55,093 nt of DNA, from positions 1 through 55,093 of the IMG/VR virus record IMGVR_UViG_3300032093_000174; one strand, written 5' to 3'. The notes under the pieces are model-generated. The model was not told where the DNA came from. It worked only from the letters and a program-made list of their open reading frames with translations, and did not search any database. Position numbers and translations under genes: made by a program. This document shows positions 1 through 7,300 of the stretch, piece after piece (positions within the stretch are counted from its first letter, which is position 1; every line of letters begins with the position of its first letter). Source of the DNA: a virus. Its lineage: Duplodnaviria; Caudoviricetes.

Positions 1-141
1 CGCGCTGCTGCTGATCAGGTGGTGCCGGAAGAGCCGCTCTATGGGGGTGATCAGCGTTGGATGTGGGAGCGCGATGCCCGCCAGGCTTGCCGCAAGAAGC
101 TCCTCGCCATCGCCGCCGAGCTGGAGGGTGGCAATGACTGA
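1..141 (+). CDS. 3' part of small hypothetical protein (…RAAADQVVPE…LLAIAAELEGGND), paralogue of 705-881
   Basis: Frame 1 is open to TGA at 139-141 and overlaps the next ATG; same C-terminus as 705-881. Confidence 0.7.
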   Translation, partial: RAAADQVVPEEPLYGGDQRWMWERDARQACRKKLLAIAAELEGGND

Positions 142-349
142 GATCACCCTCTACAAGCTTGACGCTGCCTTTGCGCCGCTGAGCAAGTTCGATCATCTTG
201 CCAAGCCTGATGACTTCATCGAAGTGTCGTTATGGCACAACGGTGAAGGCTTCGATGCTCACCTGAGCAGCCATGCTGAACAGACCATCAGGTTTTCGTG
301 GGGTGAGTTCAAGGCCCTGAAGAAACTTATCAAGGAGCTGGACCAATGA
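134..349 (+). CDS. hypothetical protein (MTEITLYK…)
   Basis: GGAGGG upstream; ATG overlaps previous stop; couples to next gene. Confidence 0.7.
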   Translation: MTEITLYKLDAAFAPLSKFDHLAKPDDFIEVSLWHNGEGFDAHLSSHAEQTIRFSWGEFKALKKLIKELDQ

Positions 350-708
350 CCAACCTCTCCCCTGCCGCGCAAATGACTGACCAACACCCGATCACCCCAC
401 CGCCTGAGCTGGTTACCGACTGGTGCGGACAGTTGGCCCGTGAAAACGACTACGGTCCAACATGCGTCTACGACATTGCCACCCAAGCCGCCCGCTGGGG
501 CGCCGACCAGGAGCTGGAGGCGTGCTGTGAGTGGGTGGCTGTGGAGTCGATTGCCGCTGCAACTGAACTCCGCGCCGCTCGCCGCCCCACGCCGAGCTTG
601 AAGGAGCAGGCGCTAACTGCGCTGACGCGGTACACGACTGGCAAAACAATCCTCACCAATGACTCTGTTGACATTATCCGCCGCGCACTGGAGGCGCTAC
701 CTGAATGA
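346..708 (+). CDS. hypothetical phage protein (AARWGADQELEACCEW motif)
   Basis: ATGA overlaps at both ends; AGGAG upstream. Confidence 0.75.
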   Translation: MTNLSPAAQMTDQHPITPPPELVTDWCGQLARENDYGPTCVYDIATQAARWGADQELEACCEWVAVESIAAATELRAARRPTPSLKEQALTALTRYTTGKTILTNDSVDIIRRALEALPE

Positions 709-881
709 CTGACCAACCGCTTTCCCCCGCCGCCCAGGCGGTGCGTCATGTCGCGATTTGCGCCGGTCCAGAGCTGGAAGGTCGCATCGCCGCCGCCCTG
801 CGAACTGCTGCTGTGTACTGCACACGCGAACGACGCATCTTGCTGACCATCGCTGATGAGCTGGAGGGTGGCAATGACTGA
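705..881 (+). CDS. 58-aa hypothetical protein (MTDQPLSPAAQAV…IAAALR…IADELEGGND)
   Basis: Translated by hand; ATGA coupling; paralogous to 1-141. Confidence 0.65.
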   Translation: MTDQPLSPAAQAVRHVAICAGPELEGRIAAALRTAAVYCTRERRILLTIADELEGGND

Positions 882-933
882 CACTTTTCGTGCGCTGTGC
901 GCTGCCGGTGCCTGCACCCGCCAACACTATTAA
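874..933 (+). pseudogene. 19-codon stub (MTDTFRALCA…) of the FR(A/E)LCA family
   Basis: N-terminus nearly the same as 1227 (MTDFRELCA) and 1815 (…DFRALCA), but it stops early. Confidence 0.45.
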
Positions 934-952
934 CCAGAACAATCATTAGGCC

Positions 953-1234
953 ATGGAAATCCAAACACTTCGCGGCAACTTTTCTCAATTCAGCAAAGGT
1001 TTGTCAATTCGCGTATTAGACGGAAATGCAACGCTTGATACTTACATTGACCACAAGGAATTGCGAGCTTTTGCTGCCATGCTTGTTGACATTGCCGATG
1101 ACGCACTTTCCAAGATTGGAGAAGAAGCTCAAGATTGCCAATCGAAACTACGCGACTGTTATAATGATCTGCAAAGCGGCGATTGGAAAGCGCCCCTTGT
1201 CGAGCCGGTGCCTGGGGTGGAGGTCAATGACTGA
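953..1234 (+). CDS. hypothetical protein
   Basis: 93-aa ORF coupled to the next gene. Confidence 0.7.
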   Translation: MEIQTLRGNFSQFSKGLSIRVLDGNATLDTYIDHKELRAFAAMLVDIADDALSKIGEEAQDCQSKLRDCYNDLQSGDWKAPLVEPVPGVEVND

Positions 1235-1709
1235 CTTTCGTGAGCTGTGCGCTGAGCTTGTGGAAGCGCTAAATACAAACGACTACTACGACGAAAGATC
1301 TGATGAAATGGCCTACTCAGGATTACTGAGCCGCGCCCGCGCCGCGCTGGCCAAGCCCGAGCCGCAGGGGCCGACTGATGAGGAGTTGGATGAGCTGTTC
1401 ACCGATATTGATCAAGGTGGTGAAGCACTGAGCTGGCGTACCTACGCCCGCGCTGCCTTAGCCCGCTGGGGCCGCCTCGCCATCGAGCCGGTGCCTAAGC
1501 AGGAGGACGTTCACTACGCCTGGGAACTGCATGATGCCGAGGGTGAGTGGCAGGCTGGTGGATCAGCCAACAGCTTGGAGGATGTTCAACGAGAAGGCAA
1601 TCGCTATCTGCAGACCTACTCACAAGATGGCCCCCACAAGCTGATCATTCAGCAACACCGCGTAACAACTATCGAGCCGGTGCCTGGGGTGGAGGGTGCC
1701 GATGCTTAA
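1227..1709 (+). CDS. modular hypothetical protein (MTDFRELCAEL…ARAALARWG…)
   Basis: GGAGG before ATG 1227; internal IEPVP repeats. Confidence 0.75.
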   Translation: MTDFRELCAELVEALNTNDYYDERSDEMAYSGLLSRARAALAKPEPQGPTDEELDELFTDIDQGGEALSWRTYARAALARWGRLAIEPVPKQEDVHYAWELHDAEGEWQAGGSANSLEDVQREGNRYLQTYSQDGPHKLIIQQHRVTTIEPVPGVEGADA

Positions 1710-1818
1710 CGCCCTGCTCACCCTCGCCCTACTGCTCGCCCTCGGCGCAGCGGTTGAGCTGTGCATCAAGGCGACCTTCGTGCGCCTGCTGCCGTTGCTG
1801 CTGAGGATGTCCAAGTGA
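1702..1818 (+). CDS. 38-aa hydrophobic/membrane peptide (MLNALLTLALLLALG…)
   Basis: GGAGGG upstream; overlaps both neighbours. Confidence 0.55.
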   Translation: MLNALLTLALLLALGAAVELCIKATFVRLLPLLLRMSK

Positions 1819-2045
1819 CCCAAGAGCCTGATTTTCGCGCATTATGCGCCAAACTCATGGACCGATGGACCAAAGGAAAAGACTACTGGTCTGTCCTAGC
1901 TCAAATCCAAAGCGCACTAGCTTATGATCCTCGTAACGACGACGACTACGACTCCTACGAATACGCTACAGAACCTATTCCCTATGACACAACATGGGCG
2001 AAAACAAACCCCCCTGACGATGGAGGAATGGAAGGAACTGTATGA
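1815..2045 (+). CDS. hypothetical protein (FRALCA family)
   Basis: GTG start overlapping previous stop; followed by terminator. Confidence 0.6.
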   Translation: MTQEPDFRALCAKLMDRWTKGKDYWSVLAQIQSALAYDPRNDDDYDSYEYATEPIPYDTTWAKTNPPDDGGMEGTV

Positions 2046-2090
2046 ATGGTACGTTTACATTCTGTATCGAAACGCTGTTGATTATTAACC

Positions 2091-2112
2091 AAGGGCCGCA
2101 AGGCCCTTTTTT
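2091..2112 (+). terminator. intrinsic terminator
   Basis: AAGGGCC-GCAA-GGCCCTT followed by T run. Confidence 0.85.
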
Positions 2113-2140
2113 CTTGTCTAATCACACCCCGCCTATTGCA

Positions 2141-2171
2141 AAACAAAAGAAAAGAGGAGCTTTCGCTCCTC
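2141..2171 (-). terminator. intrinsic terminator (minus strand)
   Basis: Minus strand GAGGAGC-GAAA-GCTCCTC-TTTTCTTTT. Confidence 0.75.
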
Positions 2172-2345
2172 CTTCTTTACAAGCCTCCGATGAGCTTCTT
2201 TTCTTGGCGCATCTTCAACCAAGAGAATGGAAACCTCACTCGCCCAATGCGCGATGGAGGCCCTTGCGGAATCCTCCTTTCCATTCAAACCCGTCCACCC
2301 TCGCGGCTCAAAGAGGAGGTTGTTACGCCTCAGGACCGACTTGCT
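2145..2345 (-). ncRNA. candidate ~200-nt structured ncRNA
   Basis: Extended -10 TGCTATGCT at 2359-2351, multibranch pairing including a perfect 9-bp helix, own terminator. Confidence 0.55.
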
Positions 2346-2466
2346 TGGAAAGCATAGCACCTTCTGCGTCGAAACAGGCCATTGGCAATGGAAGGGGGAA
2401 ATGTGGTACGGTGAACACTGTCAGGAGGCGACTCCCTGACCCTCGCTATTTACTTTCTCTTTACAC

Positions 2467-2826
2467 ATGCTTCGTTTCTTTTCCATCGCTTCCATTGCTC
2501 TCAGCGCCTTGGCGCCCCTTGCAGTGGAGGCTAAATCCTCGTGCGGACTTGCCTCTCACTATGGTCGTGGAGATGGCTTCGCTTGGCGCACAATGGCCAA
2601 CGGCCAGCCCATGAATCCAAACGCTCTAACCACTGCCCATCGCACGCTGCCACTTGGCTCCAGGATCATCGTCACAAATCCGGCCAATGGGAAAAGCGTG
2701 AGGGTGACAGTTACGGACAGAGGTCCGTTCCACGGCGATAGGCGGCTCGATCTCAGCCATGGCGCCTTTAGTCATGTGGCGGAAGCCTCACAAGGTGTTG
2801 CTAGGCTTTGCTTCTCGTTGGCATAA
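2467..2826 (+). CDS. rlpA: RlpA-like (double-psi beta-barrel) lytic transglycosylase with signal peptide
   Basis: ASHYG…ANG…LTTAHRTLPLGS…VTN…NGKSV…DRGPF…RRLDLS motifs. Confidence 0.85.
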   Translation: MLRFFSIASIALSALAPLAVEAKSSCGLASHYGRGDGFAWRTMANGQPMNPNALTTAHRTLPLGSRIIVTNPANGKSVRVTVTDRGPFHGDRRLDLSHGAFSHVAEASQGVARLCFSLA

Positions 2827-2847
2827 TTCGCGAGAGCACGGAATCCC

Positions 2848-2873
2848 GAGCGCTTCGTAAGAGGCGCTTTTTT
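2848..2873 (+). terminator. intrinsic terminator
   Basis: AGCGCTTC-GTAA-GAGGCGCT followed by T run. Confidence 0.8.
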
Positions 2874-2887
2874 ATGACACGGCTAGC

Positions 2888-2938
2888 TTTGTAATAGTTC
2901 TTCACGAACCTTGCGGGATCCGGCTGGTCGTGTAATGT
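2888..2938 (+). promoter_or_regulatory. early promoter with degenerate HLR1-like site
   Basis: TTTGTAAT-AG-TTCTTCAC, then TTGCGG-16-TAATGT. Confidence 0.4.
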
Positions 2939-2958
2939 GCTCTCGTTGCCCTGTTCCG

Positions 2959-3156
2959 ATGAACAACCTCCCTTCCATTGTTTCTTTCTTCTCCATTTCC
3001 TGCGGCATGAGTATGCTCACTCTGGCCACATTGGTGCATACGCCCGAGCCGCAAGATAGCCCGGCAATGCTTCGCCAGTGCCTAAACATTCACCCTGAGC
3101 GTTACTGCCGCCTCACTTACGCTCCGTCTACAGTGAAGGCAATGGAAAGTAAGTGA
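2959..3156 (+). CDS. small membrane-anchored hypothetical protein
   Basis: Hydrophobic N-terminus; follows promoter. Confidence 0.6.
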   Translation: MNNLPSIVSFFSISCGMSMLTLATLVHTPEPQDSPAMLRQCLNIHPERYCRLTYAPSTVKAMESK

Positions 3157-3362
3157 TGTTTGAGCCGGGCGCAATTGTTGATCTCAACGACCACATCTTT
3201 GGCTGGAGAGGACAATATAAAGTGATGCCCAAGAAGACAGAAACCTCCGTGGTCAAGATTAAGAATATGGGGACAAACAGTGAGCAGTTTGTCAGTGCCG
3301 ACAGGCTTCGCAGGAGTCGTTTGTCACAATTCTTCATCAAGAGCCTTGCACCCAAACGATAA
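3153..3362 (+). CDS. small hypothetical protein (SH3/KOW-like pattern)
   Basis: GTGA overlap with previous gene. Confidence 0.6.
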   Translation: MMFEPGAIVDLNDHIFGWRGQYKVMPKKTETSVVKIKNMGTNSEQFVSADRLRRSRLSQFFIKSLAPKR

Positions 3363-3436
3363 GCAGCGCTGATGGTTCAGGGGCTTGACCGGGGCTCCGT
3401 CCATGGGCATTATGGCTTCAACGAGGCGCGAGCCTC
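3359..3436 (+). promoter_or_regulatory. early promoter with 15-bp dyad box and 5' GNRA hairpin
   Basis: ATAAGC-AGC-GCTGAT; TTGACC-17-CATTAT; GAGGC-GCGA-GCCTC. Confidence 0.7.
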
Positions 3437-3452
3437 TCATTCCTTTCTTTCC

Positions 3453-3758
3453 ATGACCACCTACCTCCTCGGCTACGCAACCAAAACCCCCATCGTGCGC
3501 GGCTTCCTTCGCCACGCTGGTAGCAGCATCGTCAGCGTGGAATTCGTCAAGGCTGACGGCAGCCTCCGCAAGATCCAGTTCAATCCTTGCGACCGCCAGG
3601 AAATCAAAGGCACTGGCAAGCCCTCTACCAATGCTTCCATTGTTCGTTGCCGCGACTTTGCAGTGGCCCGCAAGGATGGGCAGGGCGCTTGGCGCTCCTT
3701 TGACTGCGAGCGTGTGGTCAGCATCACCGCTAAGGGCGAAACGCTGGTGCTGGCCTGA
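3453..3758 (+). CDS. SH3-fold WYL_2/DUF2693-like phage protein
   Basis: VSVEFVKADGSLRK…GTGK…AWRSF…RVVSI pattern. Confidence 0.65.
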   Translation: MTTYLLGYATKTPIVRGFLRHAGSSIVSVEFVKADGSLRKIQFNPCDRQEIKGTGKPSTNASIVRCRDFAVARKDGQGAWRSFDCERVVSITAKGETLVLA

Positions 3759-3761
3759 TCG

Positions 3762-3835
3762 TTTGTAAACAATTGTGACGGGGGCCAATCCAGGCCCCTC
3801 TGTCCTGTATTGTTCTCTCACGAGGCGCGAGCCTC
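3762..3835 (+). promoter_or_regulatory. early promoter with HLR1-like site and 5' GNRA hairpin
   Basis: TTTGTAAA-CA-ATTGTGAC; GC dyad; TATTGT at 3808; GAGGC-GCGA-GCCTC. Confidence 0.7.
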
Positions 3836-3853
3836 TCCTTTCCTTCCCCTCCC

Positions 3854-4114
3854 ATGGCAACCATTCCCACTGTCCACCTCAACGGCACTGGCGCCAGCAC
3901 GCTCCGCGACGAGTATTGGGCCGCTTCCAAGGCGCTTGATGCAGCCGCTGAAGCACTTGCAGCCGCCACTTGCCATGGCCGCGACTTCTACCCTCAAGGC
4001 GCTGGTGCCTACGACCAGGCCCGCCATGAGCGCGACGTTGCTTTTCAAAAGCTTGACGAAGTGACCCGCTACGTGGACGAAATCCTCGGAGGCATCTGCG
4101 ACCAAATGCCCTGA
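3854..4114 (+). CDS. hypothetical protein (PTVHLNGT…HGRDFYPQ)
   Basis: ORF directly after conserved leader. Confidence 0.75.
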   Translation: MATIPTVHLNGTGASTLRDEYWAASKALDAAAEALAAATCHGRDFYPQGAGAYDQARHERDVAFQKLDEVTRYVDEILGGICDQMP

Positions 4115-4166
4115 AGTGTGAAGCTTTGTAACGGGGCTTGACCTCAGGCCCCAAATGAACTAATTT
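4115..4166 (+). promoter_or_regulatory. early promoter with HLR1-like site
   Basis: AGTGTGAA-GC-TTTGTAAC; TTGACC-17-TAATTT. Confidence 0.65.
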
Positions 4167-4198
4167 TCCTTTCGTCAGCCAACTTTCCTCTCAAAGCC

Positions 4199-5200
4199 AT
4201 GAGCCACCAATTCACCTCCGGCGTGTTCTTCAACAACGAGCCCGCCTGGCACAAGCTTGGCACCGTCCTCGACGGCACCCAGCCCGCTCGCGAAGCTTTC
4301 GCCACTGCTAATGCCTCCTGGGAAACCATCAGCACTCCCGTGTTCGATCCCACTGGTGAGCCCATCCCTGGCTACCAGGCCATCACTCGCGGCGACACTG
4401 GCAATGTGCTCTCCATCCAAAGCGAGAGCTATGCCATCGTTCAAAACGAACAGCTCATTCGCGTGGCAGAAGCCCTGCACGAGGATGCAACGATGGATGC
4501 AGTGGTGGTGCTCAACGAAGGGCGCAAGGTTGCATTCACTGCCAAGGTGAACAATTCCGAAGCCGATGTGCTCCCTGGTGACACCATCCACCAATACCTT
4601 GTTGGTTGCACTTCTCACGATGGCACTATTGCCTTCCAGGTGATGTTCAGCCCCATTCGTGTGGTTTGTCAGAACACGCTTTCCTACGCTCTAGGCCGTG
4701 CTGCTGCTGGTGCATCCACCAAGAAGATGCGCATTCGTCATACCAAGAACGCCAACGCTCTCATTGATCACCTTCCCTCGATCATTGACATGCAGCGCCA
4801 GCAGTTCACTGCGGGCATTGATGAACTGAAGGCAATGGCCGCCAAGCCCTGCACTTCCGCTCTGTTCCGTCAGTATTGTGAAAGCGTGTTTGCCGACCAA
4901 CTGGTGGGCATGACCAACGACAAGCGGGGCGACAAGAGCACTGCCCGCTCCAAGAAGCTGGAAGACCTCACTGCCTGGGACAATGTGGCCAACAAATTCC
5001 ATGGGGAAGGCATTGGCTTTGATATTCCTGGCGTGCAAGGCACCATGTGGGGCGCCTATCAAGCCATCACGGAGTATTTCTCGCACGATGCAGGCCGTGC
5101 CGTGGATTCCATTGATGCTGCCCGCCAGCGTCTGGAGAGCCTCTACTGGGGCACTGGTGCTGCCACTATCGCCAAGGCCCACTCCCTGGCTCTGGTTTGA
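4199..5200 (+). CDS. DUF932 / TIGR03299 phage-plasmid family protein
   Basis: PAWHKLG…Y.IVQN…SHDG…PIRVVCQNTL…IRHT…GTMWGAYQAITEY motifs. Confidence 0.85.
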   Translation: MSHQFTSGVFFNNEPAWHKLGTVLDGTQPAREAFATANASWETISTPVFDPTGEPIPGYQAITRGDTGNVLSIQSESYAIVQNEQLIRVAEALHEDATMDAVVVLNEGRKVAFTAKVNNSEADVLPGDTIHQYLVGCTSHDGTIAFQVMFSPIRVVCQNTLSYALGRAAAGASTKKMRIRHTKNANALIDHLPSIIDMQRQQFTAGIDELKAMAAKPCTSALFRQYCESVFADQLVGMTNDKRGDKSTARSKKLEDLTAWDNVANKFHGEGIGFDIPGVQGTMWGAYQAITEYFSHDAGRAVDSIDAARQRLESLYWGTGAATIAKAHSLALV

Positions 5201-5203
5201 GCC

Positions 5204-5282
5204 ATAAGCAAAGATCATCAATGGAGGGGCTGGTAACGGCCCCTTTTTCGCTTATTGTTCTTTCAATGAGGCGCGAGCCTCA
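5204..5282 (+). promoter_or_regulatory. terminator-overlapping early promoter with 5' GNRA hairpin
   Basis: AGGGGC…GCCCCT plus T run; TATTGT at 5253; TGAGGC-GCGA-GCCTCA. Confidence 0.7.
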
Positions 5283-5296
5283 CCGCCTTTCACTCC

Positions 5297-5494
5297 ATGG
5301 ACATCTCCGTCAACTACACCTCTCCCTGGGACAAGCGCTACTGGGCCAAAGACTACGCAGATGAGGCCTTGCGTATCCTCGTCTCCTCTGGTCGATGGCC
5401 CGCAGGCTCTCTGGTGGTTGAGCACACCGACCCTGCTAGTCCCACCCATTGGCGCGTGGTGTCCGTCACGGGCATCCAGCAACCGGGCTGGTGA
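5297..5494 (+). CDS. hypothetical protein
   Basis: ORF after conserved leader. Confidence 0.65.
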   Translation: MDISVNYTSPWDKRYWAKDYADEALRILVSSGRWPAGSLVVEHTDPASPTHWRVVSVTGIQQPGW

Positions 5495-5509
5495 ATTTGG
5501 CCCAATGGC

Positions 5510-5561
5510 TTGACGCCTGTCCCGCTTGAGCTTATTGTTCTTTCAACGGGCCGCGAGGCCC
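5510..5561 (+). promoter_or_regulatory. sigma70-type early promoter with 5' GNRA hairpin
   Basis: TTGACG-17-TATTGT; GGGCC-GCGA-GGCCC. Confidence 0.8.
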
Positions 5562-5576
5562 TCCTCACTTCCAGCC

Positions 5577-5957
5577 ATGACCCGCATCAATCACACCGTT
5601 GAACAGCTCACCACTGCTGATGCCTACACCGTCTTCAGCGGCCTCAACACCATCCGCATGACCATTACCGTGCCCGATTGGCACGAGCCTTTCCCCAGCC
5701 AGAAGCGCATGGGTGCTGCCAACCCCCGCACGCTGGAAATGACCGGCCTGCTGCACGTAAGCCGCACTTGGTATATCAATGGCCCTGTGATGGATCAGTG
5801 GACCATTTCCACGCTCAACGGCCCCGTGCATGTGCCTGCTGGCACTCGCATTGAGACAGAGGAGCTTCCCGAAGTGTGGGAGGCCAATTCCAAGCCCAGT
5901 AGCCCTGGCAAGAAGGAGTGGTACGCCTATACCAATGGCCGCACTGCCTTTTGTTAA
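5577..5957 (+). CDS. hypothetical protein
   Basis: ORF after conserved leader. Confidence 0.7.
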   Translation: MTRINHTVEQLTTADAYTVFSGLNTIRMTITVPDWHEPFPSQKRMGAANPRTLEMTGLLHVSRTWYINGPVMDQWTISTLNGPVHVPAGTRIETEELPEVWEANSKPSSPGKKEWYAYTNGRTAFC

Positions 5958-6025
5958 GCATTGTTACGGGCCCCTTTCCAGGGGCCTCTTTCGTTCTATT
6001 GTCTGTTCAACGAGGCGCGAGCCTC
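5950..6025 (+). promoter_or_regulatory. early promoter with HLR1-like site and 5' GNRA hairpin
   Basis: TTTGTTAA-GC-ATTGTTAC; GC dyad; TATTGT at 5997; GAGGC-GCGA-GCCTC. Confidence 0.7.
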
Positions 6026-6041
6026 TCTCTTCCTTCTTCCC

Positions 6042-6278
6042 ATGACCTCCTCCTTCATCCAAGACCAGCTCATTTCCATGGTTGCTCGCTTCATCTGCGA
6101 AGCCAAGGCTGGCGACATGCTCATGCTTCCTGCCATGGCAGCCCTCCACAAGCGTGAAGATGGCCGTATCTGCATGAGCCGCCGAGGAAGCCTGCCCATG
6201 CCCCTGTGGGAGCCCCTGAGCCACGATATTGTTGCCACCATCGTTCGGTGGAGCAAAGAAGACCTCCAGGCCGCCTGA
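6042..6278 (+). CDS. hypothetical protein
   Basis: ORF after conserved leader. Confidence 0.65.
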   Translation: MTSSFIQDQLISMVARFICEAKAGDMLMLPAMAALHKREDGRICMSRRGSLPMPLWEPLSHDIVATIVRWSKEDLQAA

Positions 6279-6322
6279 GCGGCCTCTCTCCCCTCCGCAT
6301 CCTCCGCATCCTCCCTAGAACC

Positions 6323-6511
6323 ATGCAAGACACCATCAACATCCTGGCCATCAGCAACAAAGGCCGTAGCCGCATTGGCACCACCATCACCACTGCCATT
6401 GTTGAGCAGAATTTTCACGACAAGCTTTTTATTGTGCTTCCGCAGTTCAATCAATGCCGATGGATTAAAAGGAACAATGATCCTGACTTTCGCATTATCC
6501 CGGAGGATTGA
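6323..6511 (+). CDS. hypothetical protein
   Basis: ATG after pyrimidine-rich leader. Confidence 0.6.
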   Translation: MQDTINILAISNKGRSRIGTTITTAIVEQNFHDKLFIVLPQFNQCRWIKRNNDPDFRIIPED

Positions 6512-6550
6512 TTGCTCTCCTAGCAATTACTGTTCCATCGCTTTCCTACC

Positions 6551-6859
6551 ATGCACACCATCCGCAACTACAACAGCAACGGGCCTTACTTTCCCTCCAC
6601 TCAGGGGGTGTATCAAGCAGCCCGTCTCCGCGAATTGATCATGCACGTCAGAGTGTGCATGCAAGATGGAGACTACCAAATTGGTGTGTTTGATGATGAT
6701 GGTCAATGCAAAGGTATTTGGACTGATGAAGCAGAGCCTGAGCCTGATGGTGAAGGAGGCATGGTTCTAGGAAGGCCCGCTTATGTGCTGTATCGCCCTG
6801 GCGACATCCCTGCAGGTTTGTGGAACCTGATGCTCTCCAAGTTCAAGAGGGTTCGATGA
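6551..6859 (+). CDS. hypothetical protein
   Basis: 102-aa ORF with ATGA coupling to next gene. Confidence 0.7.
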   Translation: MHTIRNYNSNGPYFPSTQGVYQAARLRELIMHVRVCMQDGDYQIGVFDDDGQCKGIWTDEAEPEPDGEGGMVLGRPAYVLYRPGDIPAGLWNLMLSKFKRVR

Positions 6860-7011
6860 TTCTCGTAGATTTCTTCTCTGAAGAGGCCTGTAAAGGCACG
6901 GAACTCGTAGAAGGCTGGTATTGGTATGAGGACGATGGGGAAGAAGTGGGAGGGCCGTATAGAGACGAGAAAGCCGCCATTGCGGCGGCTCAATCAGGGC
7001 TTAAATGGTGA
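6856..7011 (+). CDS. small acidic protein (GWYWY…GGPY…AI.AA)
   Basis: ATGA coupling; GAGG upstream. Confidence 0.6.
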   Translation: MILVDFFSEEACKGTELVEGWYWYEDDGEEVGGPYRDEKAAIAAAQSGLKW

Positions 7012-7095
7012 GGGTCCGGCTGGTTTTGTATTGGATCCGGCTGAAAGTGTATTGGGTCCGGCTAGAGGTGTATTGGGTCCGGGCAAGGGTGTATT
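7006..7095. repeat. ~4 tandem 21-bp repeats (TGTATTGG(G/A)TCCGG…)
   Basis: TGTATT at 7027, 7048, 7069 and 7090. Confidence 0.9.
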
Positions 7096-7121
7096 AGTGC
7101 GTTTGTACTATTTTCCTTGGC

Positions 7122-7140
7122 GAGAATGAGAATCGTTTTC
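7122..7140. promoter_or_regulatory. Fur-box-like site
   Basis: GAGAATGAGAATCGTTTTC matches GATAATGATAATCATTATC at 15/19. Confidence 0.6.
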
Positions 7141-7191
7141 AATAGTACTGGTGTACTGTAGTACTGGTGTACTACCATGCCGCCATGCGCA

Positions 7192-7280
7192 TAGCAGCAT
7201 ATGCCGGTAGCAGCATATGCCGGTAGCAGCATATGCCGGTAGCAGCATATGCCGGTAGCGACATATGCCGGTAGCGACAT
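7192..7280. repeat. 5.5 tandem 16-bp repeats TAGC(AG/GA)CATATGCCGG
   Basis: Units start at 7192, 7208, 7224, 7240, 7256 and 7272. Confidence 0.95.
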
Positions 7281-7300
7281 AATAGTGCAAATGTACCAGC

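Larger units (their letters stand above)
7095..7298. promoter_or_regulatory. four cyanobacterial LexA-box-like dyads
   Basis: TAGTGC-GTTT-GTACTA 7095; TAGTAC-TGGT-GTACTG 7143; TAGTAC-TGGT-GTACTA 7159; TAGTGC-AAAT-GTACCA 7283. Confidence 0.7.

Noticed and set aside
2042-2439. Several overlapping ORFs (2042-2614, 2133-2360, 2136-2357, 2227-2439)
   Set aside because: Most cross terminators, none has recognisable motifs, and the promoter-structure-terminator layout fits an ncRNA better; a small protein is not fully excluded
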